From an uncultured Spirochaetota bacterium (GTDB lineage Bacteria > Spirochaetota > Spirochaetia > SZUA-6 > CAVTHK01), in the NCBI GenBank assembly GCA_963734495.1, contig CAVTHK010000010.1, forward strand, positions 224,001 to 288,000: a DNA stretch of 64,000 nucleotides, in the 5' to 3' direction. How positions within the stretch are numbered: the first letter of the stretch is position 1; every line of letters starts with the position of its first letter. Below the pieces are notes generated by a model. That model did not search any database. It saw only the letters and a program-made list of their open reading frames with translations, and was not told where the DNA came from. Shown piece by piece: positions 10,618 through 22,196 of this stretch. A program made the translations under genes and the position numbers.

Positions 10618-12281
10618 GTGAAGATCCGCGCCAAGATGATGCTGGTCTTCCTCCCCCTCCTCCTCACGCCCCTCATCCTGACCGCGGCGGCGGCGTCGTT
10701 CGCGGCGCGCAACGGCATCACCGGCGTCGCCACCAGCTTCCTGCGCTTCAAGGCCGAGCAGCTCGAGAGCTACGTCCGCGGCCAGTGGGACCTGCTGGTC
10801 AGCAACCGGCTGCAGGGCAACGCGCGGCTCGTCGACGCGGTGCGCTCGGGGGTCGCGGCGTTTGCCGCGAGCCTCGTACGCAGCCAGACCGAGCTGATCC
10901 TCGCCGTCGACGGATCGGGCCGTGTGGCGATGTCGACGGCTCCCGTGAATCTGTCGGAGACGGAGAGCGCCGAGCTCGCGCTGATCGCGGAAACGGGCGC
11001 CCGGGGCTGGCGTCTCGTCCGCCTCGGGGGCAAGGCGCGGGTGGCGCAGACCTTCACCTTCGAGCCTTTCTCCTGGCTGGTCGTCGTGAGCGAGCAGCGG
11101 GAGACCTTCTACAGCGCGGTCGGCCAGATCTACTGGCAGAGCGCGGCGATCACGGGGGTCTTCGTCGCGGCGACCCTCGTCCTCATGTTCCTGTTCTCAC
11201 GCTACCTCACGAGGCCGCTGCGGAACGTGGTCGGCGTCATGCGCGACGTCATCGCGCGCGGCGACCTGTCGCGGAGGGTGGACATTCTCTACGAGGACGA
11301 GACGGGGGAGCTCGCGCACACCTTCAACCTCATGACCGGGCAGCTCGAAAGCGCCTACGGGGAGATCAAGGGCTACGCATGGCGTGCCGCCATCGCGGAG
11401 CGCAAGGAGAGGAAGATCCGGAACATCTTCCAGAAGTACGTCCCCAACGACGTGATCGAGCAGTTCTTCGCCAGCCCGGAGTCGCTCCTCACCGGCGAGA
11501 CCCGCGTCGTCGCGATCCTCTTCTCGGACGTGCGCGGGTTCACGAGCATCTCGGAAACCCTCAAGGCCGATGAGCTCGTGGATTCGCTCAACCACTACTT
11601 CGGGGCGATGGTCGACATCGTGATGCGCCACGGCGGCCTGGTGGACAAGTACATCGGCGACGCCGTGATGGCGGTCTACGGAGCCACGGTCAAGCACAAG
11701 GACGACGCGCGCCAGGCCGTGGAGTCGGCGTTCGAGATGCTGCAGGCGCTCGGCGACTTCAACGCGTGGATGCGCCAGCGCAGGGCGTCCCGCGTTCCAC
11801 ATCGGCGTGGGGATCAACTACGGCGCCGTGACGGTCGGCAACATCGGTTCGGACAAGAAGCTCGACTACACGATCATCGGCGACTCGGTCAACGTGGCCA
11901 GCCGCCTGCGAGGGGCTCACCAAGACGTACCGGGAGCCCATCATCGTCTCCGAAAGCGTCCACCGCTACGTCGAGCAAGGAGTTCCCCTGCCGCATGATC
12001 GACCGCGTCGCGGTCAAGGGCCGCGCCGGGACGACCCAGATCTACTCGCCGCGCCGGTCGCTGACTCCCGCAGGAGGAGCGGGCGTGGGAGATCTACCAT
12101 GCCGGGCCTGCAGACCTACTACAACCGCGAGTTCGACGAGGCCGCCCGGCGCTTCGAGGAGGTGTTCCGCATGCTCCCCGAGGACAGGCCCGCGGAGATC
12201 TTTCTCGAGCGCGCGCGCAGCTTCGTGCTGAACCCGCCGCCCGACGGCTGGGACGGCACAGTCCAGCTCGTGGAAAAATAG
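10618..12281 (+). CDS. Class III adenylate cyclase with periplasmic domain, HAMP and C-terminal TPR-like tail (several frameshifts at 11780-12100)
   Basis: Two [31 protein letters not shown], then across frames [40 protein letters not shown]. Confidence 0.9.
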
Positions 12282-12333
12282 AAGGCGGGTGCGGCGGCCG
12301 CGCCTCTGCGACGCCGCGGCCGCGGCCGGTGGA

Positions 12334-14837
12334 TCAGCGCGCCGGGCCGTCCCCCGCGTAGGTGTCGCGCAGGCTGCGCATCACGAGCTGTCCGGCAAAG
12401 TCCTTTTCGCCCATCTCCGCTTCGGGCCTGATCGCCAGCTCGATGCTCTCGCCCGCCCCGAGGTGGAAGAAGCGGTCGGAGTAGCGGGCGGGGGTGCCCG
12501 GGAGCTCGGGCCAGACCCAGAGGGCCGGCCTCTTTGCGGAGACCGTCACGGCAAACGAGCCGTCCCTGGCGCGGCGGGCCTTGAAGCGAAGCTCGGGGTC
12601 CGGCGAGCTCCAGGTGCTTCGGCCGGGCAAAGGTCGCGAGGTTGGAAGACACGACCTTGCCTCCCAGGGACAGCTCGATCCAGAGCAGAACGTTCCGCGC
12701 GCCTTTCTGCGCGATCTCGTCGGCGAGCCTCAGCGTCGTCACGCGCCTGCTCTTCTCGGCCGCGAGGGCCGCGTCCTCGTGGCCGCTGCGCACGACCTTG
12801 CCCGCGAGGTCGGTGAGGTGCCACCGGATGCGGCCTTCGGCCGGCACGAGCAGGTCCGAGCTGACCCAGATCTCGCAGGTGCCCTTTTCCGCGTCCTCTA
12901 CCGCCGACACGAGCAGCGGGGCGTAGAAGCGCCGCGCCATGTAGTGCAGCGCCTTCCACCTGCGGAAGTAGTCGATCGACGACCAGCTCGCGACCGGCCA
13001 GCAGTCGTTGAGCTGCCAGTAGAGCGTGCCCATGCCGCGCGGCATGCTGCGCCGCCAGTGCTCGACCGCGTACTTCATCGCCATGCCCTGCAGGATCTGG
13101 GTCAGCCAGAGCGTGCTGTCGAAGCCGGCCGGCAGGCGGAACCAGTCGAGCATGTACTGCATGATCGCCGCGTTGCCGATGCCGCTGCGCTGGTGGTGCT
13201 CCATGACGTAGGACGTGATGTTGCGGTCGGCGGGCTCGGTGTAGGCGGCGACGGTCCGCGGCTCGGGGAAGGACTGGAAGCCGAACTCGCTGTTGAACCG
13301 GTGCTCGCAGGTGCGGTACCACTCGAAGGGCTTGCGGCCGTGCCAGACGTCCCACAGGTGCGCGTCGCCCCAGCGGGGGTTCTGCAAGTCGCTGCGGTCG
13401 CCCAGCGGCGAGTGCGGGCTGGAGGGCCAGTAGTCGCGCTCGGGGTCGAGCCTGGCGACCACGCCGGGGAGCAGGCGGTCGAAGAGCTTCTCGTAGTCGT
13501 CCCAGCTCATCTCGCCGGCCGCCGTGTCGGGCCCGACCAGCCCCGATCTGCTCGATCTCGTTGTTGCCGCACCAGAGCGCGAGGCAGGCGTGGTGGCGCA
13601 GCCGCCGCACGTTGTCCTCGGCCTCCGCCTTGCACGTTGTCCATGAACTCGCCGTCGAAGGCCGGATAGGCGCTGCAGGCGAACATGAAGTCCTGCCAGA
13701 CGCAGATGCCCAGTTCGTCGCAGAGGTCGTAGAAGGCGTCGTCCTCGTAGATGCCGCCGCCCCAGACGCGCAGCATGTTCATGTTGGCGTCGACCGCGGC
13801 CTGGATCAGGTCGTCGTAGTCCGCCGGCCCGATGCGCGTCACGAACGCGTCGGCGGGGATCCAGTTGGCGCCCTTGGCGAAGAACGGCACGCCGTTGACG
13901 ACGAACTGGAAGGACTCGCCCCACGCGTCGGGCTTGCGCTCCAGCCGCAGCGTCCGCAGCCCGATGCGTGCGCCGCGCCTCGTCGAGCGCGACGCCATCG
14001 CCGTCGCGCAGCGTCACGGTGACGTCGTAGAGCGGCTGGCTCCCCATGCCGTTCGGCCACCAGAGCGCCGGGTCGTCGAGGCGCAGCCGCGCGGTCGCGG
14101 AGCCCCGCGCCGTCTCCGCTCTCTGCCGGGCCGCGACCTCTCCCCGCAGGGCGGCCACCGCCTCGACGCGCGTGCCGGTCTTTTCGAACGCGTCCACGTC
14201 GACGGAGACCTCGAGGTCCACGCGGCCGCGGCTGTGCGTCTGGCGGATGCGGACGTCGGCGAGCCGCGCCGTCGGTGAAGGCGGCGAGGCGGATCGGCCG
14301 CCAGATCCCGGCCGGCACCAGCTTCGGGCCCCAGTCCCAGCCGTAGTGGCACTGGCACTTGCGGACCCGGTTTCCGCCCTCGACCCGGTGCGCCCCGATC
14401 CCCGTGTGGTGCAGATAGCGGATCGCCTGCTGCGCCTTGATCACGGGATACGTCGAGCGGAAGCGGATGCTGATCCGGTTCTCCCCCTCCGCCAGGCGCC
14501 GTCGCACGTCGAACTCCCAGCGACGGAACATGTTGTCGGCGCGGCCGACGACGCCGTCGTTGAGCCTGACTTCGGCGATGGTGTCGAGCCCGTCGCACTG
14601 CAGCAGGACCCTGTCCGACGCCAGGAGCTCCGCGTCCGCCGTGAAGGCGCGCGAGTAGACCCAGTCGGTCTCGCCGATCCACTGCAGCCGGGCCTCGTTG
14701 TCGCGGTAGAACGGGTCCTCGAGGGCGCCGGCCGCGAGCAGGTCGGTATGAACGCACCCGGGCACGCGCGCGGGGATCTCTCCGCTGCCGTCCCCACGGG
14801 TCAGGGTCCAGTCGCCGCACAGGTCCACGATACGCAT
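12334..14837 (-). CDS. GH2 beta-mannosidase (multiple frameshifts)
   Basis: VPGCVHTDL, GLDTIA, YGWDWGP, WWPNGMG, KGANWIP, MLRVWGGG, WQDFMFAC, WCGNNE, SEFGFQS, YWQLNDCWP across frames. Confidence 0.9.
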
Positions 14838-14848
14838 CGGTGCCGATT

Positions 14849-16223
14849 CTATATGCCGCCTGCCGCCCCCGCAACCTGTGCGCAGGCGCCGGCGCCCGGC
14901 CCTACCGCGACGACCCGAACTGCGGCAGCCAGTCGCGGTTCTTCTCGAAGAGCACGGCGACCATCCGCTCGATCTCCTCGAGGCTGAGCACGGCGCTCGT
15001 GAGCGGGTCCATGCACACCGCGTGGAACACCTTGCGCGGATCGCCCTCGAGCGAAGCCTGGACCGCCAGCTCCTCGCACAGGGCGTTCGTGCCCGTGAGC
15101 GCCGCCAGGTGGGCCGGCAGCGGGCCGACGTGGATCGACTGCAGGCCGGCCCGGGAGGCCACGACCGGCACCTCGACGCAAGCGTCGGGCGGCAGGTTGT
15201 CGATCAGACCGGCGTTGCGGACGTTCCCGTTGAATCGGAAAAGCCCGCCGTCGCCGATCATCGCGTTAAAGATGTTCGCGGCGTACTCGTGCGAGCGGGA
15301 CGAGGTCGACCTTCTCCTGGCCCGAGCCACTTCAGGATCTCGTCCTTCCACGTCGCCTCGCGCTTGCGGTACTCGTCGAGGATGTAGGCGTAGACCCCCG
15401 GGTTCCAGCCGGTGCCGTGGGTGCAGTACTTCTCGATGAGGTCGGGCCTCTTGCGGAACCAGGCGTTGTACTCGGAGTTGTGGCCGCTGGATTCCGTCGG
15501 ATAGTAGTCGAGGTGCAGGAACATCTCGTTGCGGACCGGCTCCTCGTTGTAGATCTCGGGCCGCCGGATCGCCTCGCGGATCAGCGGGTACGCGTCCTGG
15601 CCTTCCCACCGGTACTGCAGGTACCACGCCTGGTGGTTGATTCCCGCGCACGTGTACGTGATCTCCTCCATCGGCGCGCCGATCCAGCCCGCCAGCATCT
15701 CCGCCGTCCCCTGCACGCTGTGGCAGAGCCCCGTAAACGTGAGCCGGCTCGTCGCCTGGACCGCGCGGCACAGCATGGCCATGGGGTTGGTGTAGTTCAG
15801 CACGATCGCGCGGGGGCAGTAGCGCTCGATGTCCGCGGCGATTTCCAGCATCACCGGGATGGTGCGCAGGGCGCGGAAGATGCCCGCCGGCCCGCGCGTG
15901 TCGCCCACGTTGATGTCGACGCCGAACTCCTTGGGCACCTCGATGTCGTAGCGCCAGATCTTCACGCCGCCGACCAGGATCGTGATCACGACCCCGTCGG
16001 CGCCCTCCAGCGCCTGGGCGCGGTCCGTCGTGGCCTCGACCTTCGCGGGGTAGTCCCCCGCGCGGACGATCCGGTCGATCGCCTGCTTGATAAAGCCGAG
16101 GCGCTCCTCGTCGATGTCCATGAGGGCAATCGTGCTCCCGGCGAGCGCCGGAAAGCTCAGGATGTCGCGCACCACCTTGCGCGTGAACCCGAAGCTCCCG
16201 GCCCCGATGAATGCGATCTTCAC
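14849..16223 (-). CDS. GH4 alpha-galactosidase (MelA-like; frameshift near 15310)
   Basis: [47 protein letters not shown]-terminus HEYA, NVRN, VEVP, MDPLT in a second frame. Confidence 0.9.
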
Positions 16224-16432
16224 GCCCCGTACCTCCTTGCGTCTCCCGGCTCCACGGCAGTCGGTCGGATCGCGCCCGCCGCCGCCCGCCGCCCGCCTCC
16301 GCCCGGCCCTCGGCCGGTTCCCGGCACGCGGGCTTGCCTCCGGTGCGGCGTATGTTAAGATGTCCCGCCGTTCGAGGCAACCCCGAGTCTTCGAGGTGGC
16401 CCGGCCGCCGCCAGGGCCGTGGGAGGCACGCG

Positions 16433-17818
16433 ATGGACGAGGCGCGCAACCTCGTGTTCCTCATGACCGACCACCAGCGGCACGACAGCCTCGGAATGAC
16501 GCAGTGCGGCCGGCAGGTCACGCCGTTCCTCAATCGCCTGGCCGCCGGCAGCGTCCGCTTCGAGCGCGCCTACAACACCTGCCCGCTGTGCGTCCCCGCG
16601 CGCACGGCCCTGGCCACGGGGCTGTATCCGACGCGCAACGGCGTCGTCATCAACGACTGGAAGGGCGTCACGGCGGGTGACCACGCGCCGCTGCACGAGC
16701 GGCTCGCAAAGGCCGGGTTCGAGCTGGCTCACGTCGGCGTCCACCACGTGCGGGTGCGACCCGACCTGCGCGACCGCGCCGAGTTCGCCGCCTGGGTCGA
16801 CGAAACCGATCACCGGAGCTTCCTCGGAAGGCAGGGCCTGGCCTCCTCCCCCGTCGACGATCCCGTCTACCGCAGCGAGGTCACCGAGCTGCAAGGCGGG
16901 CAGCACGTCCGGCGCCGGGCCTCCAACACCCGCGTGGGCGTGTGGGACCAGCCCGACTCCTGGTTCAAGGACGTGTTCTTCGGCGACAGCGCCGAGGAAT
17001 ACCTGCGCCGCGCGACGCCTCCATTCGCCCTCTTCGTCGCCCTGTGGGCGCCGCACCCTCCCCTCGTCGTGCCGGAGAGCTACCTTCACCTTTTCCCTCC
17101 TGAGAAGGTCAGCCTGCCCGCGAACGTCGGACAACCCGCCAGGGGCGAACCGGCCGACCGCCGGCGCAACTTCCCCGCGCAGCTCGCCGAAGGCGTGAGC
17201 CTGGAGGAGTGGCGCGCCGCGTGGGCCGCTCACATCGCGCTGGTCAACCTCGCCGACCGGCAGATCGGCCGCATCCTCGACACGCTGCGCGAGACCGGCC
17301 TGGACGGCTCGACGCTGGTGCTCTTTACCTCGGACCACGGCGATCACCTGGGCCAGCACCGCATGTTCCAGAAGATGGAGATGTACGAGCAGGCGGTGCG
17401 GGTGCCCCTGCTGATCAAGGTCCCGGGCATGGTCCCGCGATTCATCGAGACGCCGGTTTCGCACCTCGACGTCGTGCCGACGGTCCTGGACCTGCTCCGC
17501 CTGCCCGCGCCGGAGGGGCTCGACGGGCAGGACCTCGCCCCCGCGATCAGGGAGGCGCGCGAGCCCGAGGAGCGGCCCCTGTTCAGCCAGTACTCCGGGG
17601 ACGGCGGGGTCGGGGAGATCCGCCGCGCCGTGATCGCGGCCGGCCACAAGTACGTCTACGACCCGGCCGATGAGCCTGAGCTTTACGACCTGCGCCTCGA
17701 CCCGCTGGAGACCGCGAACCTGGCCCGCGTCAAGGCGAGCGCCGACCTGATGCGCGGGCTGCACGAGGCAGGCAGGCGGTGGGCTGCCGCGCACGGCGAC
17801 TTCGTCGACTGGGGATGA
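16433..17818 (+). CDS. Cys-type (formylglycine-dependent) sulfatase
   Basis: [18 protein letters not shown] (CxPxR), PHPP, FTSDHGD, KMEMYE, ELYDL..DP.E..NL; GGAGG RBS. Confidence 0.92.
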   Translation: MDEARNLVFLMTDHQRHDSLGMTQCGRQVTPFLNRLAAGSVRFERAYNTCPLCVPARTALATGLYPTRNGVVINDWKGVTAGDHAPLHERLAKAGFELAHVGVHHVRVRPDLRDRAEFAAWVDETDHRSFLGRQGLASSPVDDPVYRSEVTELQGGQHVRRRASNTRVGVWDQPDSWFKDVFFGDSAEEYLRRATPPFALFVALWAPHPPLVVPESYLHLFPPEKVSLPANVGQPARGEPADRRRNFPAQLAEGVSLEEWRAAWAAHIALVNLADRQIGRILDTLRETGLDGSTLVLFTSDHGDHLGQHRMFQKMEMYEQAVRVPLLIKVPGMVPRFIETPVSHLDVVPTVLDLLRLPAPEGLDGQDLAPAIREAREPEERPLFSQYSGDGGVGEIRRAVIAAGHKYVYDPADEPELYDLRLDPLETANLARVKASADLMRGLHEAGRRWAAAHGDFVDWG

Positions 17819-18888
17819 GGATCGAAGTTGAAGGCAGCCGCCCGCCGCCCCGAAAGGAACCCGTGAACAGAGAGTCGATCGAGCGGGAGCTCATCTTCGG
17901 CGTCGATCCTTCCGAACCCGCGCCGTTCGCAAGCTGCCACGCCTCGACGGTGCTGCCGCTCGCGGGAGGCGATGTGCTCGCGGCATGGTTCGCGGGCCCC
18001 TACGAAAGCCACCCCGAGGTCGCCATCTGGCTCTCCCGCCGGACAGCGGCCCGCTGGACGCGGCCGCGGAAAGTGGCGAGCCGGGAGGGCCTGCCGCACT
18101 GGAACCCGGTGCTCGGCCTCTCACCCGCGGGGCGCGTGCACCTGTTCTACAAAGTGGGTCCCGACGTTCCGCGGTGGGCCACGCGCGTGCTCGTGTCGGA
18201 AGACGCGGGCCTTTCGTGGAGCGAGCCGCGCGAGCTGGCCTCGATCAGCGGTTTCCCGGCCGGACCGGTCAAGGACAAGCCGATCGTGCTCGCCGACGGC
18301 TCGTGGCTCGCGCCCACCTCGCGCGAAACCGCGAGCGAGTGGGACGCGGCGGTGATGCTGAGCAGCGACGAAGGCGCGAGGTGGCGCCTCGGCGGGCCGG
18401 TGCCGATCGACCACGGCAGCTTTGCCGGCAAGGGCGTGATCCAGCCGGCGCTGTGGGAATCCGCGCCCGGGCGCGTCCACATGCTGCTGAGGAGTACCTG
18501 CGGCAGCATCTGCCGCAGCGACTCCCTCGACGGCGGGCGCACGTGGAGCCCGGTGCGCGCCACCGCGCTGCCGAACAACAACAGCGGCATCGACGTCGAG
18601 CGGCTCCCCGACGGGCGGCTCGCCCTCTGCAGCAACCCGGTTCGCGGCGACTGGGCCAAACGAACGCCGCTCGAGCTCGCCTATTCCCGCGACAACGGCG
18701 CGACGTGGGCAGACCGCATCGTGCTGGAGGACGAGGACCCGCCCTTGGACGAAGCGCGCGTCAAGCTGGATCGCGCCTTCCGGGCGAACGAGTTCTCCTA
18801 CCCTGCCGTCGTTTACGGCGGCGGCGCGCTGCACGTCACGTACACCTGGAAGCGCAAGAGCATCTGCTACTGTCGTATTCCCGTCTGA
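17815..18888 (+). CDS. BNR/Asp-box repeat sialidase-like protein
   Basis: CHASTV, AWFAG; Asp boxes SEDAGLSW, SSDEGARW, SLDGGRTW, SRDNGATW; LPNNNSG, EFSYP; ATGA coupling to sulfatase (alternative GTG at 17863). Confidence 0.88.
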   Translation: MRIEVEGSRPPPRKEPVNRESIERELIFGVDPSEPAPFASCHASTVLPLAGGDVLAAWFAGPYESHPEVAIWLSRRTAARWTRPRKVASREGLPHWNPVLGLSPAGRVHLFYKVGPDVPRWATRVLVSEDAGLSWSEPRELASISGFPAGPVKDKPIVLADGSWLAPTSRETASEWDAAVMLSSDEGARWRLGGPVPIDHGSFAGKGVIQPALWESAPGRVHMLLRSTCGSICRSDSLDGGRTWSPVRATALPNNNSGIDVERLPDGRLALCSNPVRGDWAKRTPLELAYSRDNGATWADRIVLEDEDPPLDEARVKLDRAFRANEFSYPAVVYGGGALHVTYTWKRKSICYCRIPV

Positions 18889-18980
18889 CGGCGCCGCGAG
18901 GGTGCGCCGTCGCGCGAGGCGCACCGCTTGGCGCGGGGCCCGCTCCCGACTATGATGGCTCGAGCCGCAAGGAGGCCCGC

Positions 18981-20120
18981 GTGAAGATCACCGCCATCGA
19001 GAACATCTTTGTCGACCGCTACCTCTTCGTGAAGGTCCAAACCGACGCGGGGCTCACGGGCCTCGGCGAGTCCGGCGCCTGGGGCTTCCTGGAGGCCTCG
19101 GCCTCCGCCGTCGAAACCTTCAAGCGCTACCTCATCGGCCAGGACCCGCTGCGGATCGAGCACCACTGGCAATACATGTACCGCTGGACCCACTTCCGCG
19201 GCGCGGCGATCATGGGCGCGATCAGCGCGATCGACATCGCGCTGTGGGACATCGCGGGCAAGCACTTCGGCGTGCCCGCCTACCAGCTCCTCGGAGGCAA
19301 GACCCGCGACCGCGCCCGGGTCTACTACCACGTGCTGGGCGAGACCAAGGAGCAGCTCCTGCAGGGGTGCATCGACGCGAAAAAGGCGGGCTTCACGGCG
19401 GTCGGGCACCTGACTCCGTTTCTCGACGAGCCGAGGGACCGCCCTTACTTCAAGACCCACGCCGACAAGATGCACGACGCCATCGAGACCGTCCGCCGGT
19501 ACCGCGAGGCGGTGGGGGACGACGTGGACCTCTGCGTCGAGATCCACAGGCGCCTCACGCCCGCCGAAGCCATCGTGCTCGCGCAGGGGATCGAGCCGTA
19601 CAGGCCCTTCTTCTACGAGGACCCCATCCTTCCCGACAGCTTCGACGCCATGGAGCTCGTGGCAAAGAACATCCGCATCCCCATCGCCACCGGCGAGCGG
19701 CTGCACACGATCTACGAGTTCGAGATGCTCCTCAGGCGAGGCGCCGTCCAGTACGTGCGGCCCGACGTGTGCCTCTGCGGCGGCATCAGTCACGCCAAGA
19801 AGATCGCGGCGCTGGCGGAGGCCAATCACGTCCTCGTCGTGCCCCACAACCCGCTCTCGCCCGTGAGCACTGCAGCCTGCGTGCAGCTCGCCGCCTGCAT
19901 CCCGAACTTCGCGCTGCAGGAGCTGCCCAAGGGCGAGGACAAGCCGCCGAAGAGCGAGATCGTGAAGGGCGCGCTCAGGCTCGACAAGGGGTTCCTCGTG
20001 GTGCCGGACGCCCCGGGCATCGGCATCGAGCTCGCGGAAGACGCAGCCCAGCGCCACCCCTACCGGCCCCGCGAGTTCGCGACGCGCCTCTACACCGACG
20101 GCTCGGTGATGGACCAGTAG
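18981..20120 (+). CDS. Galactonate dehydratase-like enolase-superfamily protein
   Basis: AAGGAGG+GTG; SAIDIALWDIAGK, EIH, FYEDP, IATGER, VRPD, PHNP, ending DGSVMDQ. Confidence 0.88.
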   Translation: MKITAIENIFVDRYLFVKVQTDAGLTGLGESGAWGFLEASASAVETFKRYLIGQDPLRIEHHWQYMYRWTHFRGAAIMGAISAIDIALWDIAGKHFGVPAYQLLGGKTRDRARVYYHVLGETKEQLLQGCIDAKKAGFTAVGHLTPFLDEPRDRPYFKTHADKMHDAIETVRRYREAVGDDVDLCVEIHRRLTPAEAIVLAQGIEPYRPFFYEDPILPDSFDAMELVAKNIRIPIATGERLHTIYEFEMLLRRGAVQYVRPDVCLCGGISHAKKIAALAEANHVLVVPHNPLSPVSTAACVQLAACIPNFALQELPKGEDKPPKSEIVKGALRLDKGFLVVPDAPGIGIELAEDAAQRHPYRPREFATRLYTDGSVMDQ

Positions 20121-20177
20121 ACGCCCGCGGCTTGGGCGCTGGCGGTCTGCCGCCTGACGCTCGGGACCTGCGGGAGC

Positions 20178-20204
20178 CAGCCCGTGGCCTGCGGCCACGG
20201 GCTG
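20178..20204. terminator. Hairpin between convergent genes
   Basis: CAGCCCGTGGCC-TGC-GGCCACGGGCTG, perfect 12-bp stem. Confidence 0.6.
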
Positions 20205-20216
20205 ACGCGCCTGTAC

Positions 20217-21158
20217 CTAAAAGCGACCCGCCTTTTGCAGCTTCAGGAACTCCATGATGAAGGCGTCGCGCCGCGCCTTGACTTTTTCCGCTTTTCCCGG
20301 CGGCCAGTCGAGGAAGCCCTTTCCGGTCTTGGCGCCGAGCTCACCCCGCGCGACCTTCTCGTTGTGGATGGGCGAGGCCCCCTGCACTGCGCTCAGGTTG
20401 GGCACGACGTAATCCTGGATGAGCTTGACCGCGTCGAGGCCGACCAGGTCGTGGTGCTCGAACAGGCCGTAGACCGGCGTGCGAAGGCCGACACCGGCCT
20501 TGATCGCCAGGTCAACGTCCTCGGCGCTCGCGATGCCCTCCGCGACGATGTGCATGCACTCGCGCACCATGGCGTGCTGGATGCGGTTGCCGAGCTGGCC
20601 GGGCACGTCCTTGCGCACGAGCACGGGGACCTTGCCGCAGCGCTTGAGCAGCGCGACGACCTCCTCGGCGGCCGCGAGATCCGTGCGCTCCCCCATGACC
20701 ACTTCGACCAGCGGCATCAGGTGCGGCGGGTTCCAGAAGTGCGTCGTCATCACGCGCTCCGGTTTGCGGCAGCGCGCGGCGATCTGCGTGATGCTGATGC
20801 CGGAGGTGTTCGAGCAGAGCACGGTGTCGGGCGCGGCGCGGTCGAGCCGCTGGAAGAACTCCTGCTTGAGCTCGAGCCTTTCCGGGATGGATTCCACGAA
20901 GAGCTGCGCCGACCGCGCGGCCGCCTCCGCGTCGGTCGAGAGCGATATGCGCGCGACCGCGGCGGCCGCGTCCCGTGCCTCGACCAGCCCGTTTGCGCGC
21001 AGCGTCTCGATCGAGGCGCGCGCCGATGCGACCCCCTGCTCGGCCGTTTCCCGTTTCCGTCCGACGATCACGGCCTGGCAGCCGGCCAGCGCGAACACGG
21101 CCGCGATTCCCGGGCCCATCTGGCCCGTGCCCGCCACAGCTACGTTGCGTACGTCCAT
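20217..21158 (-). CDS. 3-hydroxyacyl-CoA dehydrogenase family protein
   Basis: GTGQMGPGIA, ESIPERLELK, SNTSG, HFWNPPHLMPLVEV, GQLGNR. Confidence 0.9.
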   Translation of the reverse strand: MDVRNVAVAGTGQMGPGIAAVFALAGCQAVIVGRKRETAEQGVASARASIETLRANGLVEARDAAAAVARISLSTDAEAAARSAQLFVESIPERLELKQEFFQRLDRAAPDTVLCSNTSGISITQIAARCRKPERVMTTHFWNPPHLMPLVEVVMGERTDLAAAEEVVALLKRCGKVPVLVRKDVPGQLGNRIQHAMVRECMHIVAEGIASAEDVDLAIKAGVGLRTPVYGLFEHHDLVGLDAVKLIQDYVVPNLSAVQGASPIHNEKVARGELGAKTGKGFLDWPPGKAEKVKARRDAFIMEFLKLQKAGRF

Positions 21159-21302
21159 TCAGCCTCCCGAGTACAGCCGCGATCGTACACCGGCGGCGGC
21201 GCGGCCGCAACGTCCAGGAGCGCCGGCGCGGCGCACCCCAGGCGCCTTGCCCGGCGGCGGCCGCTCCTGTACACTGTGCGCTCTCTCGGGAGGCGCGCGG
21301 AT

Positions 21303-22196
21303 TTGAACGCTTTTGTTTCCCCTGCGACCAGGCGGGACGCCGCCGCGATCGTCGCCCTGATCGCCTCTCGGTGCGACCCTTCATCCCGCTGGAAGGTGAC
21401 CGCGGCCGAGATCCGCGACGAGCTCGGGATCGAACCGCTCGCCTTCTACCGCGCCATGTACGCCGCGGCGACCGCGGAGCGCTCCATCCTCGACCTCGGC
21501 GACATCACGGGCGCCTTTTCGGACGAGAGCCCGGAGGCGCTGCTGGCCGCGCTGGAGGTCTTCTGCGGCGCCGAGGCCGAGCAGTGCCTCGCCCGCGCCG
21601 GCATCTTCTTCTCGCACACGAGCCGCGTCGACATCATCGAGACGTTCATGACCGTCACCGCGGCCGCGATCGCCCGCCACGTGTACGACGCGGCCGAGGT
21701 CTCCGCCATGCTCCGGGCGCTGGGCGGCTACGAGGGCGCCTGCTCGGGATACCTCAGGACGCACTTCCCCCTCGAAGCGCTCGCCGAAGAGACCGTGGAG
21801 CAGTTCTGCGCGGGAAAGCGTTTCGACATCCCCGCCCTGGCGCGCGCGAACGTGCGGAGGCTCATCGACTTCTTCTTTCGAAGGCACGTGCTCGACGAAA
21901 GGGCCCTGTTCGCGGGACTCTCCGAGCGCATCCACAGGCAGGCGGTCGAAGAGGGATACGCGAAAAGGGAAGGTCGGCGCGCCGCCGCCGAAGCCGGGAG
22001 CCCGACCGAGCCCGAGGTCGTCGAAGCCGCCAAGCGAGCGCTCGGGGTCGCGGGGCTTCCGCTTTCCCGGCGCCTGCTGCGGGACCGCTACCGCGTGCTC
22101 ATGAAGCGCTTCCACCCGGATGTGAATCCCGGCGGCCTGGAACAGGCCAAGGAGATCAACGCCGCCTACTCGAGGCTGCTGGACGCGCTCTCGTAA
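21303..22196 (+). CDS. Protein with C-terminal J-domain
   Basis: TTGCCC-N17-TACACT promoter, GGGAGG, TTG start; C-terminal RDRYRVLMKRFHPDVNPGGLEQAKEINAAY. Confidence 0.8.
   Translation: MNAFVSPATRRDAAAIVALIASRCDPSSRWKVTAAEIRDELGIEPLAFYRAMYAAATAERSILDLGDITGAFSDESPEALLAALEVFCGAEAEQCLARAGIFFSHTSRVDIIETFMTVTAAAIARHVYDAAEVSAMLRALGGYEGACSGYLRTHFPLEALAEETVEQFCAGKRFDIPALARANVRRLIDFFFRRHVLDERALFAGLSERIHRQAVEEGYAKREGRRAAAEAGSPTEPEVVEAAKRALGVAGLPLSRRLLRDRYRVLMKRFHPDVNPGGLEQAKEINAAYSRLLDALS

Noticed and set aside
11780-15320. Dense frameshifts in the cyclase, GH2 and GH4 genes (also kdpE 3157, GDPD 43450, cfa 46570-47200, GH3 63345) as pseudogenisation or programmed frameshifting
   Set aside because: Single-base indels cluster by region across unrelated genes, all catalytic motifs are intact and I saw no in-frame stops or slippery heptamers. 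This fits low-coverage long-read error; raw reads would settle it.
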